Part shown: positions 1-20,268 of the stretch, piece by piece
How the letters are laid out: every line of letters begins with the position of its first letter
Position numbering within the stretch: the stretch's first letter is position 1
From: Tubulanus polymorphus
Taxonomy: Eukaryota; Animalia; Nemertea
NCBI RefSeq assembly: GCF_964204645.1
Contig: NC_134025.1
Span: forward strand, 10,664,001 to 10,728,000
DNA length: 64,000 bases
Direction: 5' to 3'
Position numbers and translations under genes: made by a program
The notes under the pieces: generated by a model
The model's input: only the letters and a program-made list of their open reading frames with translations
Told to the model about the DNA's origin: nothing
Databases searched by the model: none

Positions 1-84
1 AAAGCCAAATATTTTACTAAAATCGTCTTTGTTTCTCGTCATTTGTGAGCCCTACACGCTAATTCATTAGAATTTTGTCAAATA

Positions 85-378
85 CAGAAGATACTGCTCG
101 AGTTGGATCCGATACATAGCATCCAACTCAGATATCTATGGTGGCTGATTCGGGCCATGTAATAAAAAGATCACAGACGTTACAAATTTTTTTTTGCGAC
201 GCTTAAAAGTCGTTTTATTTTTCTCGTTTTATTGCGCAAAAAACGACATTTAGGCGTCTGTAAAAAATTTGCACCATTTTTGATTTTTTTACATTGCCCG
301 AATCAGCCACCATAGATATCACTCAAGTCAGAATTATCTTTACAGTCCCAAATGGTCCAACTTGAGTGGAGTCTACTG
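85..378. mobile_element. Tc1/pogo-type MITE (outer element of a nested pair)
   Basis: Imperfect TIRs CAGAAGATACTGCTCGAGTTGGA / TCCAACTTGAGTGGAGTCTACTG, flanked by TA on both sides (83-84, 379-380). Confidence 0.6.
131..320. mobile_element. Palindromic MITE inserted in the Tc1-type MITE
   Basis: TIR GATATCTATGGTGGCTGATTCGGGC / GCCCGAATCAGCCACCATAGATATC; most of the element folds back; direct repeat ACTCA at 126-130 and 321-325. Confidence 0.75.
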
Positions 379-926
379 TAATCAAGAAATATTTTTGCTG
401 CATTATGTGACTGGTGTTTAGTTTTAGGAAAACGGCTGTCTGAATGAAATTTCCTCCTAAAACAAGAGTAGATTGGAGCAAAACAGTGGATGTGTTTCTC
501 CACCAAAACCTGCACCAAATTCGCGGTCAGAGAATCGGAAAAAGCTGTTCAAAACGTTGTTCAAAAAGGTTTCAGTGACAACGTTACGAAAGATTAGTGC
601 AATTAGGGCCAACAAACTATGCACAGGATCTCACCCGCCGCCAATCGGGAATTCGTTGCCGTTTCTAGTCCAATGGAATCGGCCTGGATCATAACGAGGA
701 TATGGAAGTAGCCAGTTCAGAGAGAAATATCAACTAGAAAAATAAATGCGTTAATTATCGTTTAAAAATATAATTTTCATAGTCACATATCCACTGGATA
801 ATAACACGGTACCAGGCAATGATGCACCCTCACAACAGCAATCTCTATCGCATATCATGTGAACTTAACTCAAATGCCACTGATTGTGGTACCGGCATAC
901 ACATGCAGAACTATCAAAATAAAATA

Positions 927-1225
927 CAGGCCCGTGCCAAGCTTTTTTGGAGGACCAGTTCTATATCAAGTAGAAGGGCACTTTTTCACAGTGAAAAGGG
1001 GCACTTTCCTTTTGAAAAAAAGGATATCTTAGATATGCAGTGCTCGGTTAACTGAATGAATTATTTCAGAATGGATTACTTTTCATTTTCCCCCAAATAT
1101 CAAAATTGTATCCAATTTCGAAAAATCTTGACCAAGATTATTTGACACAGACTTTTTGATGGGAACTTGGGGGGCATTTTAGGGGGTTCGTTCGCTATCC
1201 CCATACCCCCCTTGGCACGGGTCAG
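927..1225. mobile_element. Degenerate hAT-like MITE
   Basis: Ends CAGGCCCGTGCCAAG / CTTGGCACGGGTCAG; internal AGGGCACTTT repeats also seen near 10620 and 19780-19970; no clean TSD. Confidence 0.4.
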
Positions 1226-2398
1226 AAATAAAAGAATCAAAAGGCGTTCACATCCTTCATTCATTTATCACTCAGTTGGTAGATAATTGAAAATAATTTA
1301 GATAAGTCCAACTTAGATATAACTCAGCACTGTTTTACAATGAGAAAATAAAAACACTCATATTACGAGCATAACAAAAAGCTGCGATTTGCTGCCACAA
1401 AACAACATTCAATTTCGATGTCATGTACAATAACTGTGACATGCCTGAGATGGCTTGCTGATGCACACATTTCGGTCATGTACTGAAAGTTATTCACAAA
1501 CATCAGATCAGCTATTCAGCCTGATTTTTTACTTCTTTGTTTTTACTAATTTTTAATTCCAAAGGAAGTTTCAACCAAGTTAAAAATGAACCCGCATATT
1601 CCTCACGCTGCAGTGAGATCATGTGCTTAACCAATACAGACGCATGGTAAATCCAGAATGAAAGTTCAGGGTCCAGTGCATCAAAAATTTGTTAGAGTTA
1701 ACCAGTGGATAGCTGATAAGTGACAATTAAAAGTTAATTATCACTATGGTATTTATCCGTCGGTTATCTTAAACCATCCTTTCAGCAACCGGCCCCAGGG
1801 GTTTCCTCCTTTGGGAAGGTGCCTTTCTTCTATAAAATAAGTCACCGCCGACCTAAAAGCCTACCCACGATGGCACAGTTTCACTGTTGTAAGTAAGTCA
1901 AATTCTTTCGATGTCTTCATTTTCAACGCATTAACTCAATAGTCGAATTGTAACTTATGTTTCAGTGACCCTGGGTCCGATGCTGTTTGCATCGAAGACA
2001 GCATCCCACGACATGATAGAAAGATAGAATTTCACGGATTATCAAGAAGGGAATCTATAATATGAAACATCTGAAACCCAGTGGCGCTCCCCAGATGCTT
2101 TTTGATTTGATCAATCCCTGCTGTTGTAATGTAACAAATGCGTACGGAAATTCAAATGTACGCGTAATTCAATCACGTTTTTCATGATTTATGCACACAG
2201 ACAGTAGACACATGTAATATCACCGACAACAGCGTGTATAACAGTATATTCACAAATTGAGCAACAGAATTCAGTTATATGATAAACCTATACCATGCCA
2301 CACGATCTACAACATTTTGTAACGATTTATCAATACGATAATAGTATAGAGTAGTAACAATATGACCCAACAGTCACATTTCCATAGATGATATAACA

Positions 2399-2841
2399 CA
2401 GTAAAACCTCCCTTATTAGTGAACACCTCTCTCTATAGTGAGCACGTCCCTTAATGAACATTTGCCCCCCCCCCGTCCAAAATTTTCTAAAATACATACA
2501 CGAGTACCTCCCTATAGTGAACAGTGAACACTTTTTCCGGTAGAGACTGTTCATTTTACCTCGCTATAGCGAAAGATGGTAATGTGCAAACCCGGTCTAT
2601 TCAATCATTCATTCAGTTTATTCAGATATGTTTAAACGCTAAGTACGACCACTAATTCCTTGTGTTATGGACTAGATTAGCGGTCAGGTATAAACTTTAT
2701 TTGTAGTTGCGGATTTATAGGAAGATTCTAGATGTCGCCCCCCTGCCGCATCATGGCCTGACCCTCTCTATACACAGTACCTCCAATAGTGAACACTTTT
2801 TGCTCCGTCTCCCAGGCGTTCACTATAGAGAGGTTTTACTG
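2399..2841. mobile_element. pogo/Tigger-type MITE
   Basis: TIR CAGTAAAACCTC / GAGGTTTTACTG followed by TA; repeated subterminal TATAGTGAACA motifs. Confidence 0.7.
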
Positions 2842-5035
2842 TAGTTACAATTCGATTCTGCATTACGATTATGAGTTCGGATTTGCGGCAACTCTATACA
2901 GTTTTAACAAAGTGGACCAATTTCCACAGTTCAGAATGAATATTTTCCTATATTAAGGGTTAACTAATGAACAAACTCAGAATTAGATGTAAATCAGACC
3001 AGCGAAAACAGGGTCCTGAAAATGAAATAATTGCAAGCACGCATCCAGGGTGTGCATTAGGGAGGAAAAATTTTCCTTCCTAATATCTATTTTCAGATTT
3101 TCAATGCTACTTTTCAAAGGCAAATTTTAAATTTTGAATATGAGCTGATCAAGCAGTGCCTAAAAATACTCAAGAGTGTAACTTTAAGAAATATCTTGGG
3201 GATGACCAGCCCCCCTCTGGAAAATTCTGGATTTGCCCCTGAATTGTGGTGTGGCACCTGATGGTGTTTTGGAAACGTTATGCACCTCATGATTTTTAGC
3301 TTAAACCCGCATAGAGCAAACAGTAAAGAAACGCATATGAGACAATTTTTGTATGAAATATAATCGAAAAATTCTAAAAGCATTGAGTACTACTTTAAAC
3401 AGTAACGCTCCCATTTTTTTTGGTTTGCATCAGTGCAATTACAGTTATAGTACCCGGCATTCGAGATTCAAAGAAATCTGACAACACTATATAAATAAGA
3501 TCGAATTTTTTTGTTCAGTATTTTGGTATTACGTAATATTTTTCAGATCAAACACCCAATCTCACTTAACAATCTCACCAATGGTTCTGACAACAATCAT
3601 GCCTTGAACTTCGTACATGAAATGTAAAATGTGCAATTTTCTATTTGGGAATTTGCCACACACTTCTGATTTTCCTATATCTCAATAGGAAGATGGTGAT
3701 TTCCTAGGCGATAGCTCCCTTTGATTTGAAGGGGAAGACCATAGTTAAAACCAAATGATCATTACTGTAGCTTTTTCGACTTTCATGTCCGCTTTTGGTT
3801 TCAGTTTTCTATATTCAATTTAACTCTGGTTATACTTTATAGTAGCCCAAATTTCAATATTTCAATGAAAAACATCGAAATCACTCAGCATCAGCATATG
3901 CAAGATTTAAAATGAGAACGTAAGCCCGGAGTTTGTAAAAAAATTCTTCTTCAACTTTGAACTTTTAAAAGATTTATTAAGAACTCAGAATTTCTGTTTT
4001 TAACTACGGTAAAATCATTTGGGTTTGACACTTGTGTCCTTTCTCATGACACATTACAAAATTCTACCTTTTGCGAGTAGAAAGTTATAGATAAACTGGA
4101 CACTGGTCCCATGAGCGAATTCCACAGTAGTGAACTAGAATTAGACTTTATGGTTAAATAGATGGTCAATGGAGTCAAATATCACTAATGACTATGGAAC
4201 CAGTTGCAGAATTATGACTGGTCTTAAATCTAAGCCATGATGCGCAACTGGCCCCAGAGGTACTAGAATTTCAGATTAGTTGCCAATGAAATCTCATTAT
4301 CAACGACTTCATTGTCCGTCTTATGGAAATAGATTTAAATACAAAAATACATCGGGACCATCTTGAGCAATTCATGACAAATTTATGTCGCATTCATCGT
4401 TTAGTGTATCCACAACTAAATAACGTCGCCATCATTTATCTACAACGTCATATTGGAGGGTGAACGCACAAGTCATGATGAAGAAAATCACACACACTTT
4501 TTTATATTAGATTTTCAATACAATTAGAACATGATCTATACGATTACTAAACCCACTGCGAATGACAAATGAAAAGATATTTCTGGTGGACTGATATCTA
4601 TCTCAGTATTAAGAGGTAACAAGCAAAACCCATGATGATTTAACGATTTCCCTAAGCTTCCTTAGTAGCATCTATATTTCTAAATTACTGAATATCATTA
4701 TTCTGTTATCACGGTTTCTCTGATGATGAAATTTCAAAATTGTGAGAAAAAAATGTTAAACCATCAACTGTGGGTTTTGCTCAGCAAGAAAAGACATTTT
4801 TTACCTAGTTTTCCTTGCTGCATGTGACACAGAAAACCATTTCTTTCGCTAATTGCAGCGTTGGGCTTAAACAACACGGTATAATTAGAACCAGAACTGG
4901 TGATTCGGCGAACTTAACATAAACATAACAATTATGACGAATTTCGTAAATCACATATTGTGTTTACTCTCGCTAACATAGGGCGTCATTGACTAAACCA
5001 TGTATCAATTTCAAGCAGACTTTGATTGAAATACA

Positions 5036-12379
<7,344 letters not shown>

Positions 12380-12651
12380 GATGATACTGATTTTTAGACG
12401 GCTTATTTCAGATTCATGTTTTGTGTGTCTGAGGACAGGAAATCTTTGACATTTGCCATCAACAAATGAGATTGCAGTAAATTAAAAATAACGATAATTG
12501 AATAGAACAACTTTCACGATTCGTTGCGAAAAGCGAAAAATAAATCGGCAGTTTTCGAGCCAAAAGAGATAGGATTCATCGCCGAAAATCGATCGAATCG
12601 CGAAAAAACTAGTTTTATCGAATATTCTATTCACTGGGGACATACGATAAA
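12380..12651. promoter_or_regulatory. Bidirectional promoter ATE1/BCKDHB
   Basis: Only 272 bp between divergent ATGs; CpG-rich; YY1-like AAAATGGCGGCG overlaps the BCKDHB start. Confidence 0.7.
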
Positions 12652-15600
12652 ATGGCGGCGCCCATACTGAACGGATTTCGCTCGAAAATTCCATCGAAAG
12701 CGAAAATACTTGCGATTTTGGGATCGCGATCGAAGGACATACGATGCCAGCCGCAGCGATTATCGTCGCATTTCACGTATACGCCCGAATCCCCGATGGA
12801 TTGCGCGGGTAAGTGTGGAAATTTTACTCGATTTCGATATTTGATATAGTTCAAGCTTTTACCGAATGGTGGCGCCACTGGTGTCAGTGCTGAATTTGTT
12901 CAATTTTTACCCAAAGCAAGGCTTTTAATATAGTATAGTAGTATTTATTTTTCATTTGGTTGTTACATTATTACCATGATTGATATCATATAATGTAGGC
13001 CTAGGCTACAGTGAAAAAATGTAACAAGAAAATGTGGGCTACTCAGAGATCACAATTTATTTAGGATCTATCGGCGCCGTGGCACCCCAAAAGAAAAAAA
13101 TTAACATTCATACAAATTTTACACATGCACACTACAAGCACCACACGTATACACACACGCATACTGCATCAGTGAATGCATTCGAACATGGAAATACAAC
13201 ATGGAAGTTCAAAATACGTAATCACGCTAATTTAAGGAATTTTAAATATTTACATTGAAATACTGATAAACTAGTAGAATTACGAATCGGTTTAGGGAAA
13301 GTATTCCAGATGGCAATTTTGTACAATTTTTGGTCTGAAATCAAAGCTCTACTGGATATCCTAGCATACACCAATACGTATTCTCAATGGAAGCACAGGG
13401 GCTTATATTAGACTAGTACCTTAGTTGTCGTTAACCCGTAACAACAACTGGTATTCAGACTATTAGGGCTTGTATAAGCGTTCCTATAAGATGATAATCT
13501 GTTGTTTATCCTGGAGTGTGTCTCTATATATAGACTATATAGTCTATATAAAATGATTATTAGAATTAACTTTAACTACTAGTTATTTTATACATACTAT
13601 AGACACATGATTCACGGATTATCATCTTTACAGCACCTACAACTCAAGCCTGATACAAGCCCCTGTAAATGGATGGTTACTAGACATATGATTTTTTTCA
13701 CCCAGTCTCAGTCTGCCTCCCAGCGCAGTCCTGAGGGCCTGTAGTGGGAGTGAATTGTGATTGAGTCATATATCTCTGGCAATAAGGTTCTCAGTGGAAC
13801 CAGGGAAGTGTAATGATTGCACTTCCCTGGTGGAACTAAGGTTCTCAGTGGAAGGATTTTGAGCCTGAGAGTTGGAGATGCGTTTAGTTTGGATTGTATG
13901 CTTGAGACAAGTATCTGTGCCTCATTATATTGTATTGTACGCAGTATAGTTTGACATTTTGCCCACTTAGTACCAATTCGTTCCAAAAAAAAAAACAAGA
14001 CAATTTTCCATTAAAAAATCTAATGAATGAGAATCTAAAGAATGAGAAGAATTTACATCAAACATTCAACTGTTTTTCACTGAATTGTGTTTTTATTTTC
14101 AGGTGAAACTAGTCGAATGAATTTATTTCAAGCATTGAACAGTGCAATGGATAATGCGTTGGAAACTGATCCGACGGCAGGTGTGTATTTGATCATTGAA
14201 TCCTGCGGTGGAAAATTTTTCATTGATCTATCAAAATTTATCAATTGTCGTCATTGTCATCAATGAATTAGGCTTAGTGCAGATGTTCATGAAAAGACTG
14301 CAGATCTTTTTTTTCTGGGCCGAAACTTAAGCATGAAAAATTAATAAGTTTTTTTTCTGGTGCAACATATTTTCTAGAGATATTAGTTCACTGTCTGTTA
14401 AAGACTTAATGATTTTATTTACACGTCTGAAATACAACTGACACACAGAATAGAATCAATAATTTCTAAATGATATCAATTTTTCAGTCATATTCGGTGA
14501 AGATGTGGCATTTGGTGGTGTGTTCAGATGCACGATTGGACTGAAAGATAAGTACGGTATGTCATAAGTTTATCTTTCCTTTGAAACGTCTTGCAAAACA
14601 CCAACATCGATTATGACATTAAGGACAGAAGCTGCTGAACAACCAAGGCTGCCAACTGTTCCTGATTTTCAGTATTTGTTACTATTTTATAACGAGAAAT
14701 ACTGATTTGATTGGTTTGATGCATACAGAAATATGAAAGATGTTACTGAGGGTTTTACTATTGATCACTGATTAATTTGAACGTTTTCTTTCATGTTTCA
14801 ATGAAATGTTGCTGAAAAAAAATTCAACTTGTCCCTTTTGAACAACCATTGATCAAGAAAATCCGCTACAATCAATTCTATTATAGCTCTCATTTGGGTT
14901 TTGGTGATGACGTCATTCGTACGGTCAGAGGCGGATTTAGGGGGTGGTCTCAGGGGTTCGGACCGCTGTCTATCTTCCCATTGAGATTACCATTTTCGTC
15001 AAGACAGAGATTGCTGAACCCTGCAAATTTGACACTCATCCTCTCGGATGTATTAACTTCAAAAATATCTAAAACTGATGGTGGAACCGCGTGCAACCCC
15101 AATAGAGGCCTTTGACTCCGCTGCTTTATCCGAGAATTGCCCTTTCTTTTCTTCTGGACCCCGGCCTTCAAATATTCCTAGATCTGCCCCTGATGGTATC
15201 CTGTATCCTGTATTTGATCGTTGTAATAACAACATACTTTTCCCCTTAAATACACGTGTATGGAAAGAAACGTTTCGTGCAAATTAATGATTGTATTCAT
15301 TGTAATCATACCCACCTGGTATCATTAGATTAATGAACTAAAGTGTTTTTATATTTTCAAGGCAAGGATCGTGTTTTCAACACACCTCTCAGTGAACAAG
15401 GTATTGTTGGTTTTGGGTGCGGTGTAGCTGTAGCCGGTGCGACGGCTATTGCTGAAATTCAGTTCGCTGATTACATATTTCCGGCATTCGACCAGGTAAA
15501 GCCATTTATAGGCCTACTTCAGTCATCAATCTGCAGCCTGAAACCACCTGCTCAGTCATTCACCATATATGTGAAGTCTTAAAAATTGATTTTCTAAATT

Positions 15601-18600
15601 ATGGCGATAAAATGTGTACAGTTGGTTGGAGTGTGTATTTTCAATGTCCCGGGTGAAGTTCTCGACGTAATTGAAGCCCGGCTGATCAAATATTAGTTGC
15701 ACGGTGGAACTTCTGATCGGTCGGGTTCTCTCTGCAGATATTCTGATTCTTTTCTGACGTGGGATAGTTAAGCAATGTATTTGGAAAGATTCGTAGCAGA
15801 GCCAGGTTATCCTCGTGTAGAATGAGAACATGAAGTACAAGCTTTCGCTACTAATGTAAAGTAGCTTCATCAGCTGAATGGAGAACCTGTGCCATTCATC
15901 TTTATTGCACCGCGATAGATTACTCCTTAGAAAACTCCGAATAAGAGGTCGATTCCTCACCTTATTTTGTCGAAAAAGTACTATGATTTCATTCAAAAAA
16001 AAGAAAGCCTTTTCCGAACAACTGTCAATGGCACTGCACTTCAATTATTTGCTTTGATTAAAAGTTCAAGTGGAAACAATAATGGGTATCGACAAAGTTT
16101 GACTATTCTTTCGATTAAAAAAAAAGTTTCGTTTTGAACTTTCGTCGTATCATCATCCATATCTCGCGATAAACTCGATAAACGAAGGTTTGTTTTAGTG
16201 CTGACGAATGCTAACGTACACGTGATTCGATTTCTCTATGTCTTCTTTCAGATTGTCAATGAGGTCGCAAAATTTCGGTACAGAACCGGTGATCTGTTCG
16301 ACTGCGGGAAACTGACCATACGGGCTCCTTGCGGCGCAGTCGGTCACGGGGCGCTTTACCATTCCCAGAGTCCCGAAGCCCATTTTGCCCACACTCCCGG
16401 CTTAAAGGTAGAATCCGTAAATAGTTACCTTAACTTTATCTCAATGATTTATTCACAAATATCCTCCTTATGCGGTTTATCGGTCTTTGTTTGCAGATCG
16501 TCGTACCTCGAGGTCCGATACAAGCTAAGGGTCTGTTAACTAGCTGCATCCGCGACCCGGACCCGTGCCTTTTCTTCGAACCAAAAGTATTATACCGATC
16601 AGCTGTTGAAGAAGTCCCAGTCGGCGACTATACGATACCATTAGAAAAAGCCGAGATACTTAAAGAAGGTAGATTTCCATTTGATAAGATTAAGAAACAG
16701 TTGTATTTCATTGAACATGTTAATAAGTTGAAGATGCACTATATACACTCTCTCTCTCTCGATCATCATCAGGTGTGAATAAAATGACTCAAACTGGTCT
16801 CTGGAGAGAGTCCTATGTGTCGTGTCTTATGATTTTGATTTGTGATGGAAATTAAGATTCGTTTTTGACCTTTCGAATTCTGTATATACATGTAGTGGGA
16901 TTTAAACTTATTTACCCGATTCCTGACGTCAAAGTGTGGCTATTCTACTGTTATGTTACCCACGGATTTCAATTTGATATTGAAATTCTTGTTCATAACT
17001 TTTCCCCATTTGATTATTGCCATTCGGAAACATGAATCTGCAGCTTATAAAACTTGCTAATCTAAAGAAAATGTTATATTTTTTCTACAAGAACAAGTTA
17101 TTCCAAAATCTTAGAACTGGTTGAATTGAACATGTTATTTCAATCAATGATGATTAGACTCGATGTAATGTTTTTAACGCATATCGTTCTAGGATCGGAT
17201 GTGACTCTTCTCGCTTGGGGTACGCAGGTTCACGTACTGCGCGAAGTGGCCAACATGGCCGAGGAGAAATTGAATATCACTTGTGAAGTTATTGATCTGT
17301 GTACTATTAACCCGTGGGACATCGACACCATTGCACAGGTTAGTTGTGCAAATATGTTTCAGTTTAACCCTTTACAGAATCCTTTTGACAACGCAATCTT
17401 ACGTTTTTATCTTATTACTTGGGACCCATCTTTAGCTCTGCTGTGACCAAAGGGGGCGCCAAATCACTACTAGTCCTACAGTTTTAATCAGATCAACTCC
17501 AAATTTGGTATAAATGTTCTATGGACGAAGGCCTATAAAGTTTCAGAGCCATTTTTTGGATTCGTCCCCCAGGGGCGCCCCTGATCCATAACTGATCCTT
17601 AAACTTGAAACGCTGGCTTATACTGGTAAGCCTTGCACGCACTTATCCCATCTATTCTGCGTTCATAGGTTTCAATCTTGTCAGAATGATTGATATGAAG
17701 AAATATCAAATCTGCTTGAAATGTATGTACCATACCAAGTGGTGCTTATTGGGTTGAGATACCTTAAACATTTCTAGCTGGTGGAAATATACAATCTTTT
17801 CATAAATACGGCCAATGATAATATATCTGGTTTGTTGTCCTATTAGTTGTCGAATTGTATCAGATAGAGCAGTGTATAGGGTGTATTGTAGTGCAAAAAA
17901 TATGAATTATTGCAAAATAGCACTGAATGATAATGATTGAGAGTTTGTCAACAGTTATTGATAGTTAATTTTTTTAGGTTACACAACATATTTGTTTTAA
18001 TGTCAATAGAAGAATTTAATACTTGTATTGGGTTACTCAGTGTGATTGATAGGCTGTTCAGTATGCCAACTGGGTTTTAGGCATTTAACTAATTCTACGT
18101 AATTTCGCTTTTGTTTTCTAGTCTGTCTGTAAAACTGGTCGCCTTTTGATCGCCCACGAAGCCCCGCTTACCGCTGGTTTTGCCGGTGAAATTGCTGCTA
18201 CTATTCAGGTAAGCGTTCATTTCAATGAGCCTGTCAATTGTTTTATGTAGCTATCAATCTGAAACTTGGGCAGCCAGACATTCATTCTTCCAAAGATTGA
18301 CTGTCCAGGCCTCAGATGTGTTCAGAAATTCACCTTATGCATTTCTAATCGAAATGTACTAAAAACACCCAGACATTTTATCAGCGCGGTTGAAAAGTTG
18401 TTTTCAAGAATTCGCATGTCGGAAAGCCATTGTTCTTGTTTGCCTCATTCCACTGAGAAGAAATTGAATGCCCCCGTCTGATGGAGAAATCCGTAGCTCC
18501 TCATTTTTCGGGGAGAGATGTTCAAGCAGGGGTGGATCCAGGGGCCTTGTGAGACTTACTTGAAAGTATATACAATTTTTTGAGTGCCCTTTTTTGTTGT

Positions 18601-20268
18601 GTCGAGAAACAAAAAAATTGGTGCATTTCAGTGCAGTAGTACACTTAATATTGCTTTTTTAGCCCACTTGGGACTTAAGTCCCAGCGGGCTATTGCGTTC
18701 ACTTTTTGTCCGTCGTCCGTCCGTAGACGGAATCCAGTTATTTTGGGAAGTTTTCAAGACGCTTCAAGGTAATGTCTTGATATTTGGTTTATACATGTAT
18801 CTACCCTAGACATATCTTCAGCCCAAAAAGTGGCCCTCTCAGATTCAAGATGGCCGACTGGCAGCCATTGTTGTTCGCCAAAATCAGCACTTTTTACACA
18901 TTTTCGAAGTTTTCGAGGGAAACTTTGAAGACACTTTAAATTGATTACCTTGATCGTTCGTGTATATTTGTATCCCCCAAGGGCCCATCTGCATGAGAAA
19001 AATTGGGTCGATCGGACTCAAGATGGCTGTCCTGTGACCTTATTTGTGCCCAAAAATGTCAATTTTGGCCTGAATTCTGAGTCCTGTAGCTTCCTACTGG
19101 TTTGCCATTTCTCATTGCAATTTATGATGGTTATTCTTTGGAAAGGGATGTTTTATACCTGAGCCAGTTATTTTTGATCGGCTAATTATGATGCAATTGG
19201 CGGCCATCTTGGTATCATCAGTACTCATTCATTGGTGGGAAAAAGTTTTTCCACATTATATTGATACCTAAGCATATTTTGGTACTACAATCAATTGCAA
19301 AGTTGTAGCTCATGACATCGTCTATGATTGTGGTAAGGTTTAAGAACATTAGTTATTCTATATGGTCACCAGAGGGCGTTGAATAGTAGAATAACTTAGT
19401 ATTTCCTTATTAGATTGGTTCCTTATTAGATTGGCATATTTTGCTACCATGATCAATTGCAAAGTTGTAGTTTATGACATGTTCTATGATTGTTGTGAGT
19501 TTCAAGCTCATTGGGTTTTGCATATGGTCACCAGGGGGCGTTGAATAGTAGAATTACTTAGTATTTCAATATTAAATTGGTAACGAGGCATATATTGTTA
19601 TCACAATCAATTACAAAATCGTTGCTGCTGACAGGTTCTATGATTGTGGTGAGTTTGAAGGTCATTGATTTTTGTGTATGGTCACCAGGGGGCGTTGAAT
19701 ATTGAAATTGTTAGATTGTTGAGCATTGGAAACCACTTCCCAAGTGGGCATGGTGTCCCTGGACCCTTAGATGGACATCAAAGTCCCTTTTGGGATATTT
19801 CGGGTCCTGCTATATAGAACTGCTGGGGTCTTTGCTTTGAGGTTCTGTTAGTGGTGACAAAAATATTGTCACCATAGAATTGCATCACCCTAGAACAGCT
19901 GGGGGTAAAAGGTTTTAATAGCTCAGTGGGGAAGTGACCTTTTGCCTTTGTCGACATCAAAGTGCCCTTTAGGGATGTGACAAGATCGTCAAAATAAGCC
20001 CCTGGTTCCCCTCCCCTATCGATACATAGATATAGGCTCCGTTTTATATCGTTAATGCATTGCTGATTTTAAACAGTTAAGATAACTATTACACGATGAA
20101 TGTAAAAAACTATTTCTTCAATTTCAGTCGGAATGCTTCCTGAATTTAGAGGCTCCTATTCAACGAGTGACTGGATACGATACGCCGTTCCCGCATATAT
20201 TCGAACCGTTCTATATTCCGGATAAGTGGAGGTGTTTCGAAGCCGTTAAAAAACTAGTGAACTACTGA
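12652..20268 (+). CDS. BCKDHB: Branched-chain 2-oxo acid dehydrogenase E1 beta, mitochondrial. Exons: 12652-12808, 14103-14180, 14488-14556, 15362-15495, 16252-16407, 16497-16668, 17193-17338, 18122-18208, 20128-20268
   Basis: Arg-rich transit peptide; [90 protein letters not shown]; GT-AG introns in phase. Confidence 0.97.
18655..19770 (+). mobile_element. Helentron-associated non-autonomous element (HINE/DINE-1-like), copy 1, in the last BCKDHB intron
   Basis: T-run 5' end, subterminal inverted repeat GCCCACTTGGGA / TCCCAAGTGGGC, 5' hairpin TGGGACTTAAGTCCCA, (GTCC)n microsatellite, 3 internal units of about 154-162 bp, short 3' stem GTCC-CT-GGAC; no TSD. Confidence 0.8.

Noticed and set aside
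13700-13935. Hairpin CCAGGGAAGTG..CACTTCCCTGG between direct repeats, as a possible ncRNA
   Set aside because: Looks like a decayed interspersed-repeat fragment; no snoRNA or miRNA hallmarks I can support
15556-16044. 162-aa minus ORF in a BCKDHB intron, and similar ORFs at 34230-34700 and 36896-37381
   Set aside because: Non-ATG or weak starts, no motifs and no splice partners
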